64,000 nucleotides of DNA from Nitrospinaceae bacterium (GTDB taxonomy: Bacteria; Nitrospinota; Nitrospinia; Nitrospinales; VA-1). This document shows positions 50,582-60,034 of the stretch, in pieces. The position numbers were made by a program, and so were the translations under genes. A model generated the notes under the pieces. That model saw only the letters and a list, made by a program, of their open reading frames with translations, searched no databases and was not told the origin of the DNA. The DNA lies in the NCBI GenBank assembly GCA_046754465.1, contig JBHHVU010000007.1, positions 1 to 64,000 of the forward strand, read 5' to 3'. Every line of letters begins with the position of its first letter. Position 1 is the stretch's first letter.

Positions 50582-53500
50582 ATGATGCGAGATTTATTTC
50601 CCAACCCCAAAGGGGGCCTGAGGGTGAGATTTTTTCTCATTCTCTTGATGGTTGGCCTAAGCGTTGGATCTGCCTTTGCCGGGAGCGCTCCCGTCAAGAA
50701 GCAGATGGCTTCGGGTGATCATCCGGCCTGGCTTGACAAGCTGGAAAATCAGATCAATTACGAAGAGATGATGAGTGGTATGGAAGGCCGTCAGGATCGG
50801 ATGAACCGAACCTTCGGGTCGATGATGGATCAATTGAAGGAAAAGATCCAGGAGCATGCGGCTCCGGCGTCTTCCGGTGGAGGATTCCACGATTCCTGGG
50901 CGGCGCATCAACTGGGCCAGAGCTATCTGTTGGGTCCATCCGAAGCGGCGGCCAAGGTCTACAAGGGCGCTCATTGCCCCAGTTCCGTTCCCGTCAAATC
51001 TTACGACGTGTCTGCGATCAACGTGGAAATCACCCTGAACCAGTGGGGTGACTATTTCCCGGGGTATATGTACGTTTTGACGAAGGACTTGAAGAAGGTC
51101 CGGGCCGAGGAGAAGAAGAACGCTAAAGCGAGAGAGAGCGATCTGGACCCTGGCGCGGTTTCCACGGGTTTTCAGGGTGACGCGATTCAGCCCATGGTGT
51201 TGCGTGCCAACCAGGGGGATTGTGTACGGTTCAAAGTCAGGAACCAGGTAGAGGACGAGGATGTCGGCTTCCAGGTGAACGGATCGGCGATGATCATCAG
51301 TTCGTCCGGTTTGCCGGCCACCGCGGCTTCTGCGGGGGCGATCATCAAATCGGGTGAGTCCCAGGATTTTGAATGGTACATTCCGATCGATGAACAGGAA
51401 GGAAGCCATACGATTCAGAGCCACGCGGGGCGTGATCCGTCGGCATTGGGTCTTATCGGTGCTTTCATCGTTGAGCCCCGGGGGTCGACGTACCTGAGTC
51501 CCTGGACGGGAGGCCCGCTGGAAAACGGCTGGATGGCGATGATCGCCAACGGCGACGCCAAGGATTTCCGCGAGTTCGTCCTGTTCTATCATGAAGTGGG
51601 CGACGAATCGTTCCGGCCGTTGAACCGTCACGGGGAGATGATCCCCCAGCGGGATCCGCTTACGGATGCCTATCGTCCCTCGGCGCGCGCCATGAATTAC
51701 CGGAGCGAGCCTTTCGGGATCAACAACCTGGCGGTTCAGGAAAAAATGTTCCATTTCGAGGACGAATCGTTGTCTTACAGTTCTTATACCTTTGCGGACG
51801 TCCCCACCACTATTCCCCGATCATATCTGGGCGATCCGGCGAAGTTTCGCCTGATTCACGGTGGTGGCGAGGTCTTTCATTCCCATCATCCGCATGGCGG
51901 ATCGATCCGCTGGACCCGTTCGCCCAAGCGCGAGCCAGGAATCCAGAATATGATCACTGCCGCCTATGACGGACCGGTCAAGTACCCCGTGGTGCGGACG
52001 ACGACCGACCGGGTGGACGTGGAAGTGATCGGCGCCTCCGAGGCGCTGGACCTGGAGACGGAATGCGGCTCCGGTTTGTGTCAGCGGCTGGCGGGCGATT
52101 TCCTGTTCCATTGCCACGTGGCGCATCATTACGTGGCCGGAATGTGGGGTTACTGGCGTGTGTACAATACCCTGCAGGACGGAAATTATCCCTTCGGCAG
52201 TACCGACGTGATGCGGCCGTTGCAGGAGCTTCCCGACCGGAAGGGACGGATCCCGCATGGCGTGAGTTCGGACAAGCTGGTCGGCAAGACGATGGACTGG
52301 TTCGGCAAGAAGTTCAATGTCGTCGGCAAGGGGAAAAGCGACTGGAGCAAGGAAGCCCCGGTGGTCAACATCCATGACTGGGTGAAGTACATGCTTCCCC
52401 CTCAAGGGAAACCCGGCCATACCGATGACGAAAAGGGTCAAATCCTGTCGTATGACGGTTCCGTTTGGGATTACGATTGGAAAGGCAACACGGCGCTTTC
52501 GGAACGCGAAGCCACCTATAAGGTCGTCAAATACATATCGCCGCGTCCCGGAAAACGGCATCCCATCCAGTTTTCTCCCAAGACAGGAAAACTGGCGTGG
52601 CCTCACATGACGCCGCATTTCGGCAAGCGGGTTCCGTTCGCGCGTCACCATGGCGGCGCTCCCTGGCTGGAACCGTTCCATCTGGCGACGGACACAACGA
52701 CTCTTCCGTCTGAGTCCGGTAGCGGAAGATCGGGATCTAATGTTGAGAACAGTTCACCCGCGAAACCGGGTGAGCAGGGACGCTGGAGCCTTTGTCCGCG
52801 CGGCGCGGGAAGGAAGCAGTACAACCTGGTCTTCATCAACACGCCCATCGAGCTCTCCGGGGCCGTGGGCAAAACCAAGCCGGTCATCGACAAGTACGGT
52901 TTGATTTACGTGATCGACGAGGATATGGCGGCGGTGAAGGCCGACCCGAAGAAGGCGTATCCGCTGGTCATTCGTGCCAACGTGTACGATTGTGTGGATC
53001 TGCTTTTGACCAGCGAATGGAACGACGACGACTTTACCAATTTCCAGATGTCGAAAGTCAACATCCATCCGCATTTCTTCCAGTTCGACAACCAGGCGTC
53101 CGACGGCGTGATCTCCGGATTCTCTTACGATCAGTCGATGAGATCCTACAAGCAGTTCACCAAGAAGATGAAGGACGGACACCATGTGGGCATGCCCGTT
53201 CCGATGAACGCCAAGTTGTTGAAACCGGTGAAAGCCGGCGCGAAAACCATCGAGATTCAGATGGCGAAAGGCGCGACTCCTTTCCATGTGGGAACCGATA
53301 TCATTGTTGGCATCGAAGTTCCCAACAAGAAGGACGCGCGCTGGATCCAGTCGATGAGTCCCGATCCAGATAAAAAGCCCGCCAAGGACGGGAAGTACAA
53401 AATCACCTTTACCGAAGGCTTGGCGCACAGCCACAAGAAAGGCCAGATCGTGAGTGTGGAATTTGTACGTTACCGCTGGTGGGTGGATGTCGATATGGGT

Positions 53501-55498
53501 TTGGTGTTCTGGCACGACCACGCCTTTGGGGCAACCACCTGGCCGCATGGCGGAATCGGATCGACCATCGTGGAACCGTGGGGATCGACCTATCATGATC
53601 CCAAGACGGGGAAACCCGTCCGCCACGGGACTGTGGTGGACATTCACGGCACCGAACCGTTTGCTTTTGGCCGGAACGGCAGTTTCCGTGAAATGGTGGC
53701 GCAGTTGCACGATACCGTGCCGCACACCGCTCAGCTCGTGAGCAAGGGGAATCCTCCGGGATTGTCCCGGAAGAACGCCATCGCGGCTGGGCAGTCGATT
53801 TCGTTCCAGATGCCGGACGATATGCTGGAAGTGGCGTTTCCTCACCTGAACGGCGGAACCCACACGACCGGCGGCGGGTTCAACTTCCGCGCCGCTTCGC
53901 TGTCAGCGAGGCTGTTGCACAATAAGGACGGCTCCAAGCTGTTCAGCAGTAAAGTGCACGGAGATCCCTCCACGCCCCTGCTGCGGGCGTATTTGGGAGA
54001 CAATATCATGTTCCGGGTTCTGCACGGCATGATGAACGAGACCCACACTTTCGTGGTATCGGGTCACGGATATCGGCCGGAACGGTACGACCGGGATTCC
54101 CGGGTGACCAATACCATCCATATCGGTATCGCCGAACGTTACGATCTGGCGACCACCGCCGGGGGGTATCAGCAGATGGCGGGTGATTACCTTTATTACG
54201 ATGGACGAACCTCGCATTTTTCTGAGGGTAGTTGGGGAATCATTCGGGTTCATGACAAGTTGCAGAAGGACCTGAAACCTCTGCCGGGCCATGAGAACAT
54301 TCCGAAATCACGGAAGACTCTTTGTCCGAAAGGCGCGCCGGTGAAGAACTTCAGCGTGGTGGCCATCAACAAGGCGCTGAAATTCAATCCGCACACCGAG
54401 GATGAGATCGAAGTGGATTTCGAAAGAAAGCTCATTTTGGCCAATCCGGAAGGAAAGATCTTCGCCCTGGAGGGCGAGGTGGCCAAAGCGGCGGACGATG
54501 GTCACATGCCGCATCCGTTGACCCTTCGGGCGAATGTCGGCGATTGCATCAAGATCAAGCTGACCAACCGTCTGAAGGAAGGGAAAGTTTCCCTGCACGC
54601 GAACAACATCGCGTTCGATCCCATGGATTCCCAGGGGATCAATGTGGGCAACAATCCCGGCGACCAGACGGTGGCCCCCGGCAAATCCAAAGTCTATAAC
54701 TTCTACGCGCATCCGGATTACAATATCAACGCCGCGTTGATTTGGGACTTTGGCAACCTGACCCAGAATGTCCGCGATGGTCTGTTCGGCGCGATCATTA
54801 TCGGTCCGCGCGGTTCCGTGTACCGGGATCCCGAAACGGGGAAAGACATCTCCATGGGGAATTCCTGGAAAGCGGACGTGATCATTGACAAGTCGTATCC
54901 AGAGAACGCGCATCTTTCGAACTACCGGGATTATGCGCTGTATTTTCAGGACGAGGACAACATTTTGGGGACGTCGTTCATGCCTTACCTGCAGAACGTG
55001 GCGGGGTTGACGGGCGTGAACTACCGGTTGGAGCCCTGGAGTTACCGCGAGGACGAGGGATGTGAGCTTGGGAACATGTTCACGCCCTGCGTGGCGGCGG
55101 AATCCGATCCGGCGACGCCGGTGCTGAAGGCGCATGCGGGTGACCGTGTGATGATCAACGTCTTCGGGGCTCACAGCGAGCAAAACCAGATGTTCAATCT
55201 GGACGGTCACCAGTGGAGGCGCCATTTGAATCAGGAGAATTCGGATATGATCGACGTCGAGGAATTTGGCGGCGGAGAATATATCCAGGCGTTTTTCACG
55301 GCGGGTGGCACGTACCAAAACCCCGGAACCTACCTGTGGCTGAACGCGAGGACGCCCTATCAGCAGGCAGGGCAATGGGGTTATTTCAAGGTGCTGCCTG
55401 CCGGAGACCGGTCGATTCTGCCTTTGAGCAACGTGACGCCCAAGGGTGTGAAATCCGCTTCCGGATCCAAGGATGAAAGGTTGTCGATGAATCGATAA
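50582..55498 (+). CDS. Giant (1638 aa) secreted six-domain multicopper oxidase, copy 2
   Basis: Same copper motifs as copy 1, different signal peptide; SD GAGGAGG. Confidence 0.9.
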   Translation: MMRDLFPNPKGGLRVRFFLILLMVGLSVGSAFAGSAPVKKQMASGDHPAWLDKLENQINYEEMMSGMEGRQDRMNRTFGSMMDQLKEKIQEHAAPASSGGGFHDSWAAHQLGQSYLLGPSEAAAKVYKGAHCPSSVPVKSYDVSAINVEITLNQWGDYFPGYMYVLTKDLKKVRAEEKKNAKARESDLDPGAVSTGFQGDAIQPMVLRANQGDCVRFKVRNQVEDEDVGFQVNGSAMIISSSGLPATAASAGAIIKSGESQDFEWYIPIDEQEGSHTIQSHAGRDPSALGLIGAFIVEPRGSTYLSPWTGGPLENGWMAMIANGDAKDFREFVLFYHEVGDESFRPLNRHGEMIPQRDPLTDAYRPSARAMNYRSEPFGINNLAVQEKMFHFEDESLSYSSYTFADVPTTIPRSYLGDPAKFRLIHGGGEVFHSHHPHGGSIRWTRSPKREPGIQNMITAAYDGPVKYPVVRTTTDRVDVEVIGASEALDLETECGSGLCQRLAGDFLFHCHVAHHYVAGMWGYWRVYNTLQDGNYPFGSTDVMRPLQELPDRKGRIPHGVSSDKLVGKTMDWFGKKFNVVGKGKSDWSKEAPVVNIHDWVKYMLPPQGKPGHTDDEKGQILSYDGSVWDYDWKGNTALSEREATYKVVKYISPRPGKRHPIQFSPKTGKLAWPHMTPHFGKRVPFARHHGGAPWLEPFHLATDTTTLPSESGSGRSGSNVENSSPAKPGEQGRWSLCPRGAGRKQYNLVFINTPIELSGAVGKTKPVIDKYGLIYVIDEDMAAVKADPKKAYPLVIRANVYDCVDLLLTSEWNDDDFTNFQMSKVNIHPHFFQFDNQASDGVISGFSYDQSMRSYKQFTKKMKDGHHVGMPVPMNAKLLKPVKAGAKTIEIQMAKGATPFHVGTDIIVGIEVPNKKDARWIQSMSPDPDKKPAKDGKYKITFTEGLAHSHKKGQIVSVEFVRYRWWVDVDMGLVFWHDHAFGATTWPHGGIGSTIVEPWGSTYHDPKTGKPVRHGTVVDIHGTEPFAFGRNGSFREMVAQLHDTVPHTAQLVSKGNPPGLSRKNAIAAGQSISFQMPDDMLEVAFPHLNGGTHTTGGGFNFRAASLSARLLHNKDGSKLFSSKVHGDPSTPLLRAYLGDNIMFRVLHGMMNETHTFVVSGHGYRPERYDRDSRVTNTIHIGIAERYDLATTAGGYQQMAGDYLYYDGRTSHFSEGSWGIIRVHDKLQKDLKPLPGHENIPKSRKTLCPKGAPVKNFSVVAINKALKFNPHTEDEIEVDFERKLILANPEGKIFALEGEVAKAADDGHMPHPLTLRANVGDCIKIKLTNRLKEGKVSLHANNIAFDPMDSQGINVGNNPGDQTVAPGKSKVYNFYAHPDYNINAALIWDFGNLTQNVRDGLFGAIIIGPRGSVYRDPETGKDISMGNSWKADVIIDKSYPENAHLSNYRDYALYFQDEDNILGTSFMPYLQNVAGLTGVNYRLEPWSYREDEGCELGNMFTPCVAAESDPATPVLKAHAGDRVMINVFGAHSEQNQMFNLDGHQWRRHLNQENSDMIDVEEFGGGEYIQAFFTAGGTYQNPGTYLWLNARTPYQQAGQWGYFKVLPAGDRSILPLSNVTPKGVKSASGSKDERLSMNR
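50717..55489 (+). repeat. Long direct repeat, copy B (matches 42767-47539)
   Basis: As for copy A; the shadow ORFs in the track also recur at +7,950. Confidence 0.95.
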
Positions 55499-55527
55499 AG
55501 TCGCAGCCCTTTATCTTGCAGTAACCT

Positions 55528-55565
55528 GGCAAGGGAACCTGAATGGGTTCCCTTGCCTTTTTTTT
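55528..55565 (+). terminator. Rho-independent terminator after MCO copy 2
   Basis: ggcaagggaacc-tgaatg-ggttcccttgcc followed by T8. Confidence 0.9.
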
Positions 55566-55748
55566 GATATGGAAATCCCGTTTGGGTTGTGGCAATCTAA
55601 GAAGGATTCATTCTTTCCAATGATGGGACCCTGCCGTCCCCTTAAATTTTCCAGTTAAAATCTTATTTTCAACGGTTTGTCGTATTAAGCGTTTTATCTG
55701 GATAATGAGTGAATTGGGGGGCCGGGATTTTTTTCAGGAAGGTTGCCT

Positions 55749-57002
55749 ATGTTTTTCCGCCTCATAGCCGTGGGGATTGCCATTCTGGGGTTTTCTGGTC
55801 CCTATTTATCTGTTTGGGCCAATGGAGACGATACCGCCCATTCCGGCAACGTCACTCCCAGGTACCTGATAAAAAAGGGGAAATCCCTGTTTTTAAAATA
55901 TTGTGCCCCTTGCCATGGAGTTGGAGGGGACGGCGACGGATTCAACGCGAAGTATCTGGACAAGGAACCCGCGGAGTTGTCCGATGAAGATTTTATTTCC
56001 AAAAAGACCAACGAGCAAATTTTTCGGATCATTAAAATGGGCGGGGCGGGAGTAAAAAAATCCCATTTGATGCCGGTTTTTGGAAACACGTTTTCGGAAG
56101 CGGAATTATGGTCCCTCGTGGCTTATGTGAGGAATCTTGCGTCCGATGATTCCCATCCGGTTTCACTTCCCCGTAAAGTTAAAACCGAACGTCCCAAGGG
56201 TCACCGGGTCACCAAAGAGGATGTTGAGTCGTTCTCCAAGTGGTTGGCCTCGGAGGGTCAAAAGCAAAGTATTTTTAAAGAAGGGAAACGGTTATTCAAA
56301 AAGAAAAAAAGCTGTTTTGCCTGTCATCAGGTGGATGGTGAGGGGGGAAGCGTGGGTCCGGAACTTTCCCGGGCGGGATATTGGTACCGGCCCGAATGGA
56401 TTTATGCCTGGATCAGGAACCCGCAAGCCTACAAGCCCACGACAGTGATGCCCAATATGGGGCTGCAACCGGAAACCGCCAAGGTCATCGCGGCTTACTT
56501 GTGGGGGCTTCACGAGGAAAATGAGGGTGTGCCTGAAAAATGGGAACCTTATTTGGAGGCCCAGGGGGATCCCGAAAGGGGCAAAAAACTTTTTTTTGAT
56601 CCCGAGGGCAAAGTCAATTGTTCCAAATGCCACCGGATAAACGGGGAGGGGGGAAATGTCGGTCCCGATTTGAGTTATGTTGGATCCAGCCGAACCCGGC
56701 CTTTCCTCCTGGAGTCGATGCTCAAGCCCAAGGCAGTCATCACCGCCGGGTATTCCACGGTTCTTATTTTAACCAAGCACAGAAAATTCATCACCGGTAT
56801 CAAGGTAATGGAAGACGATTCGGGCCTGGATATTATCGATAAAGAAGGCAAGGAGATGTATATCCACAAGGAGCAGATCAAAAAGTATAAAACTCAAAAA
56901 ATCTCCATGATGCCGGGAAATTTCAAGGACATTCTTGATGTCCAGGAAGTCGCGGACATTCTAGCCTACCTGAAAACCCTGACCCTGCCTGAAATCTCAT
57001 GA
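55749..57002 (+). CDS. Periplasmic tri-haem c-type cytochrome
   Basis: Signal peptide; CAPCH, CFACH and CSKCH, each with a distal Met (LMP, VMP, SMMP); third domain has GPDLS..LLESMLKP..I.AGY. Confidence 0.88.
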   Translation: MFFRLIAVGIAILGFSGPYLSVWANGDDTAHSGNVTPRYLIKKGKSLFLKYCAPCHGVGGDGDGFNAKYLDKEPAELSDEDFISKKTNEQIFRIIKMGGAGVKKSHLMPVFGNTFSEAELWSLVAYVRNLASDDSHPVSLPRKVKTERPKGHRVTKEDVESFSKWLASEGQKQSIFKEGKRLFKKKKSCFACHQVDGEGGSVGPELSRAGYWYRPEWIYAWIRNPQAYKPTTVMPNMGLQPETAKVIAAYLWGLHEENEGVPEKWEPYLEAQGDPERGKKLFFDPEGKVNCSKCHRINGEGGNVGPDLSYVGSSRTRPFLLESMLKPKAVITAGYSTVLILTKHRKFITGIKVMEDDSGLDIIDKEGKEMYIHKEQIKKYKTQKISMMPGNFKDILDVQEVADILAYLKTLTLPEIS

Positions 57003-57113
57003 AGTTCTTGATGGATCCCGCTGGTTAAAGGTTCTCCTGCCCCTGGGCGGATCAATGACGATGGATTCGGTGGCAAATAAACTGTGAAGGGTGTGTGGGG
57101 GCGCTCGGAATGT

Positions 57114-59126
57114 TTATTCCAGGATCATCTCGAACCAACTTGAGATCGCTTTTTTCGTTCCGGTTTCTCCTTGCGATCCGTCCCAGACGTTGAAGGCGAT
57201 GGGAATGGTTTGTCCTGGCTCGAACTGGATGTCCTTTTCCTTATTCCGGGTATGCAGTTTCCTTTTTATGACAAGATGGTACCGGCCAAACCGGTAAATC
57301 ACCTTGGACGAAAGCTCTTGGGTTTCTTTCGGTTGAAGATCCCATGCCTTCAATCCCGTTGCGTTCATCTCCAGGGCCTGCAAGGGGTACGAATTCCACT
57401 TCCAGAGGTTCACGGGGTGCTCCGGATCCCCATTCAGGAAATAAGGCCTTTTCCCATCCGGGTCCCGTGTCACGGGGAACTGAAGGGCGATCGAGTCGGG
57501 AAATTTTTGCGCTTCCGGGGTTTCGGGTTCCTCGTCCTCTTCTTCCTCCGCCACCTGGAATTCGGGAGGAAGGGGTGGGGCGGGCGATTCCTCCACCGTG
57601 GTCAGGGTGGACAGGATCGGATCATCGGATGGATCGTCCCAGTAAAGATAAAATGCGATTTCCTCGCCATTGTGGACCGCCTTCACCTCAAGGTTGTCCA
57701 CGGCGGGGAAATAGGAATTTTCGGGTTGGATGATTTGTCCCCCCAAGGGAAAAAAATAGGGATCAACCGTTTTCCAGGCAGGGTCCTCCGGGCTGGACGG
57801 CACGTCCCCCTCCACGTTCTGGACCTTGATCACCGGGCGGACCCTCGGTTTTTCGGGGGGGGAAAGCGTTTGCACGTAATGCACAATATCCCATATTTGC
57901 TGATCCTTGAATATTCTCGGGGAAAACCTGGGCATGGCGGTGGTCGATAAACCGGTACGCAGGGTCAAAAATAATTGTTTTCGGGAATTGCCCCGCCGAA
58001 ATTTCCAGGGTTTGCCGAGATTTCGGGGCCAAATGGCGTCGGAGCCGATGTCCACGATTTTGTGGGTTGAGACTCCATCGCTTCGGCCTTTCACCCCATG
58101 GCACCCGGAACAGTTTTTCAGAAAGAGTTCCTTCCCGGATTGAAGGCTTTCGAGGGTGAATGGAGGAGGTTCGGGGACGTACACGGGCTGCAGAACTTTT
58201 CCCTTGGCCTTGAACCGGGCAAATTTTTTGGTCAGGGATTTGAGGTACAGCACAAGACTCCAACGGTCGGCCGGGGACAGGTGTTTCCAGGCGGGCATAG
58301 TGGTTCCCGGCATGCCGTGAGAGATCATGTCGAACAAGTCCTGGTCGGTGGGAATCTTGCCAAAGGGGGTGGTCCGTATTTTGTACTGGCCCTTGGTGAA
58401 GTTGCGGGGACGGGGGCTGGTAAACGGCGCGGCAGGTCCGTCACCCTTGCCGGTTTCCCCGTGGCAATAGGCGCATTTCCGATGATAAACCTTTTTACCC
58501 TGTTCCAGGGAGGGTTCGGTGGTAGAGGCGGGAACGGCGGCACGTTTTTCACCGGCGACCGCAAAAATAAATAGGATGACTTTCCAGACTTCATCTTCCT
58601 CAAGTTGGTTTTCCCAGGCCGGCATGGCTGAGTTCCATGGGGAGTACTTGTCCGGCAGGCCCAATCCCCCCTTCATGATCCGCCAATAGGCGTAGGACTC
58701 GGGAAGGGTGATGACGGAGGAAGGTTGGGTGAAATCGGCCGGAGGAGGGAAAAAGCTCTTGCCAAAAAGGCCTTTTCCGTCCAGAAGATCCCCGTGGCAG
58801 AAAAAACAGTTTTTGAAGTAGATATTTCCGCCTTCGCGAATCCATTCGTCCAAATTTTTGGAATCTTCCCGAAGGGGATTTTTTAAATCTTTTAGGTGGA
58901 CTTCCCTGTCCCGGACCGTGATGGTTTCGGGCATGTCGGCGGTGGAAGGAAGATTAATGGCGGCAAGGGCCGATGGGGGCTGGGAAAACAGGGATAACCC
59001 CGAAAGGGCCAGGAAAAGGAACCACCCGCTTCTCATGGAACGAAGACTCCTGGCCGCTAACGCCTTCGTTCCAGAATTTGGGGTGGGATTTCTGGATGGC
59101 AGTGTTCTGGGTGAGGCGATGATCAT
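57114..59126 (-). CDS. Periplasmic tri-haem cytochrome c with C-terminal EB_dh/DOMON domain
   Basis: CFFCH, CAYCH, CSGCH; PRNFTKGQYKIRTT; C-terminal YWDDP..FPDSIALQFP..PVNLWKW..AFNVWDG..KKAISSW; start may be 59036. Confidence 0.87.
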   Translation of the reverse strand: MIIASPRTLPSRNPTPNSGTKALAARSLRSMRSGWFLFLALSGLSLFSQPPSALAAINLPSTADMPETITVRDREVHLKDLKNPLREDSKNLDEWIREGGNIYFKNCFFCHGDLLDGKGLFGKSFFPPPADFTQPSSVITLPESYAYWRIMKGGLGLPDKYSPWNSAMPAWENQLEEDEVWKVILFIFAVAGEKRAAVPASTTEPSLEQGKKVYHRKCAYCHGETGKGDGPAAPFTSPRPRNFTKGQYKIRTTPFGKIPTDQDLFDMISHGMPGTTMPAWKHLSPADRWSLVLYLKSLTKKFARFKAKGKVLQPVYVPEPPPFTLESLQSGKELFLKNCSGCHGVKGRSDGVSTHKIVDIGSDAIWPRNLGKPWKFRRGNSRKQLFLTLRTGLSTTAMPRFSPRIFKDQQIWDIVHYVQTLSPPEKPRVRPVIKVQNVEGDVPSSPEDPAWKTVDPYFFPLGGQIIQPENSYFPAVDNLEVKAVHNGEEIAFYLYWDDPSDDPILSTLTTVEESPAPPLPPEFQVAEEEEDEEPETPEAQKFPDSIALQFPVTRDPDGKRPYFLNGDPEHPVNLWKWNSYPLQALEMNATGLKAWDLQPKETQELSSKVIYRFGRYHLVIKRKLHTRNKEKDIQFEPGQTIPIAFNVWDGSQGETGTKKAISSWFEMILE

Positions 59127-59974
59127 TGCTTCCCATAAACTTTTTCTTTATAAGCCGCCGCACCGTGTTTGATTCGCCCCGCTTTATTGGTCTCGTAAAA
59201 GGGCCGAATCACTTCGTCACCATCAAATTCGAATTTTAAATTGATGACCGAGTTTTCGGTCACATGGATTTTTTGGCTTCTTAACTTAATCAAGTAATGC
59301 CAGGCACTGACGACGTAATCTCCAGGAGGAATGTTTTCGATTTTAAAGTCCCCACTCTTGTTGGTAATGGCGTAATAGGGATTTTGGACCCGGTACCCCC
59401 AGGTTTGCATGAATTCGTGCATTCCGCAGATCATCTGGTAGATCTTGTAATTTTTTTGGAAATGAATTTTACCGTCGGTCACTTCCTCGGCGGGGATGGG
59501 AATGTTCAGAATGATTTTCCCCCGCTCGCTCTGGTAAACCTGGCTGTTGTGCATCACTGCATCGATATTGTTTATTTTGATTTCTTCTCCCTGCCGGATC
59601 ACGTTGACCGTGGGTAAAAACTTGCAGTTTTCCGCGTCTATTACGACCGGGTCCTTGTGAAAAGGCTTGCCCGCATCCACGTGTTCCAGGATGACCACCA
59701 CATCTCGCAATCCCCCTTTGGCGGAGGTCTGGAAATCGTCCAGGACCCGGTTCATATTTTCATCGGTATCCACCTCGGCGCACATATCGATGTTGGGAAA
59801 CAACACGAGGTGATAGACTCTGGGAAAAGGCGCGGATCCCGTCAATACAGCTTTTCCTTGAATGGTTCCACCATTTTTCACCTCGACTTCCTGGTAGGCC
59901 CACCCGTTGGTCCCCAGGGAGAGGAGGGTAAAAATCAGCCCCATTTTAAAAATGAAACCTGGAATCTTCATCAT
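59123..59974 (-). CDS. Secreted cupredoxin-like/carboxypeptidase-regulatory-domain protein (paralog 2)
   Basis: GGTIQGK; HNSQ...CGMHEFM; NPYYAIT..IENIPPGDY.VSAWH; ATGA-coupled to the cytochrome gene. Confidence 0.8.
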   Translation of the reverse strand: MMKIPGFIFKMGLIFTLLSLGTNGWAYQEVEVKNGGTIQGKAVLTGSAPFPRVYHLVLFPNIDMCAEVDTDENMNRVLDDFQTSAKGGLRDVVVILEHVDAGKPFHKDPVVIDAENCKFLPTVNVIRQGEEIKINNIDAVMHNSQVYQSERGKIILNIPIPAEEVTDGKIHFQKNYKIYQMICGMHEFMQTWGYRVQNPYYAITNKSGDFKIENIPPGDYVVSAWHYLIKLRSQKIHVTENSVINLKFEFDGDEVIRPFYETNKAGRIKHGAAAYKEKVYGKQ

Positions 59975-60034
59975 CCTTAAAACTCCATGACAAAATATTT
60001 TTAATAAAACCGCTCGAAAGGCCTGGTTTGGAAT

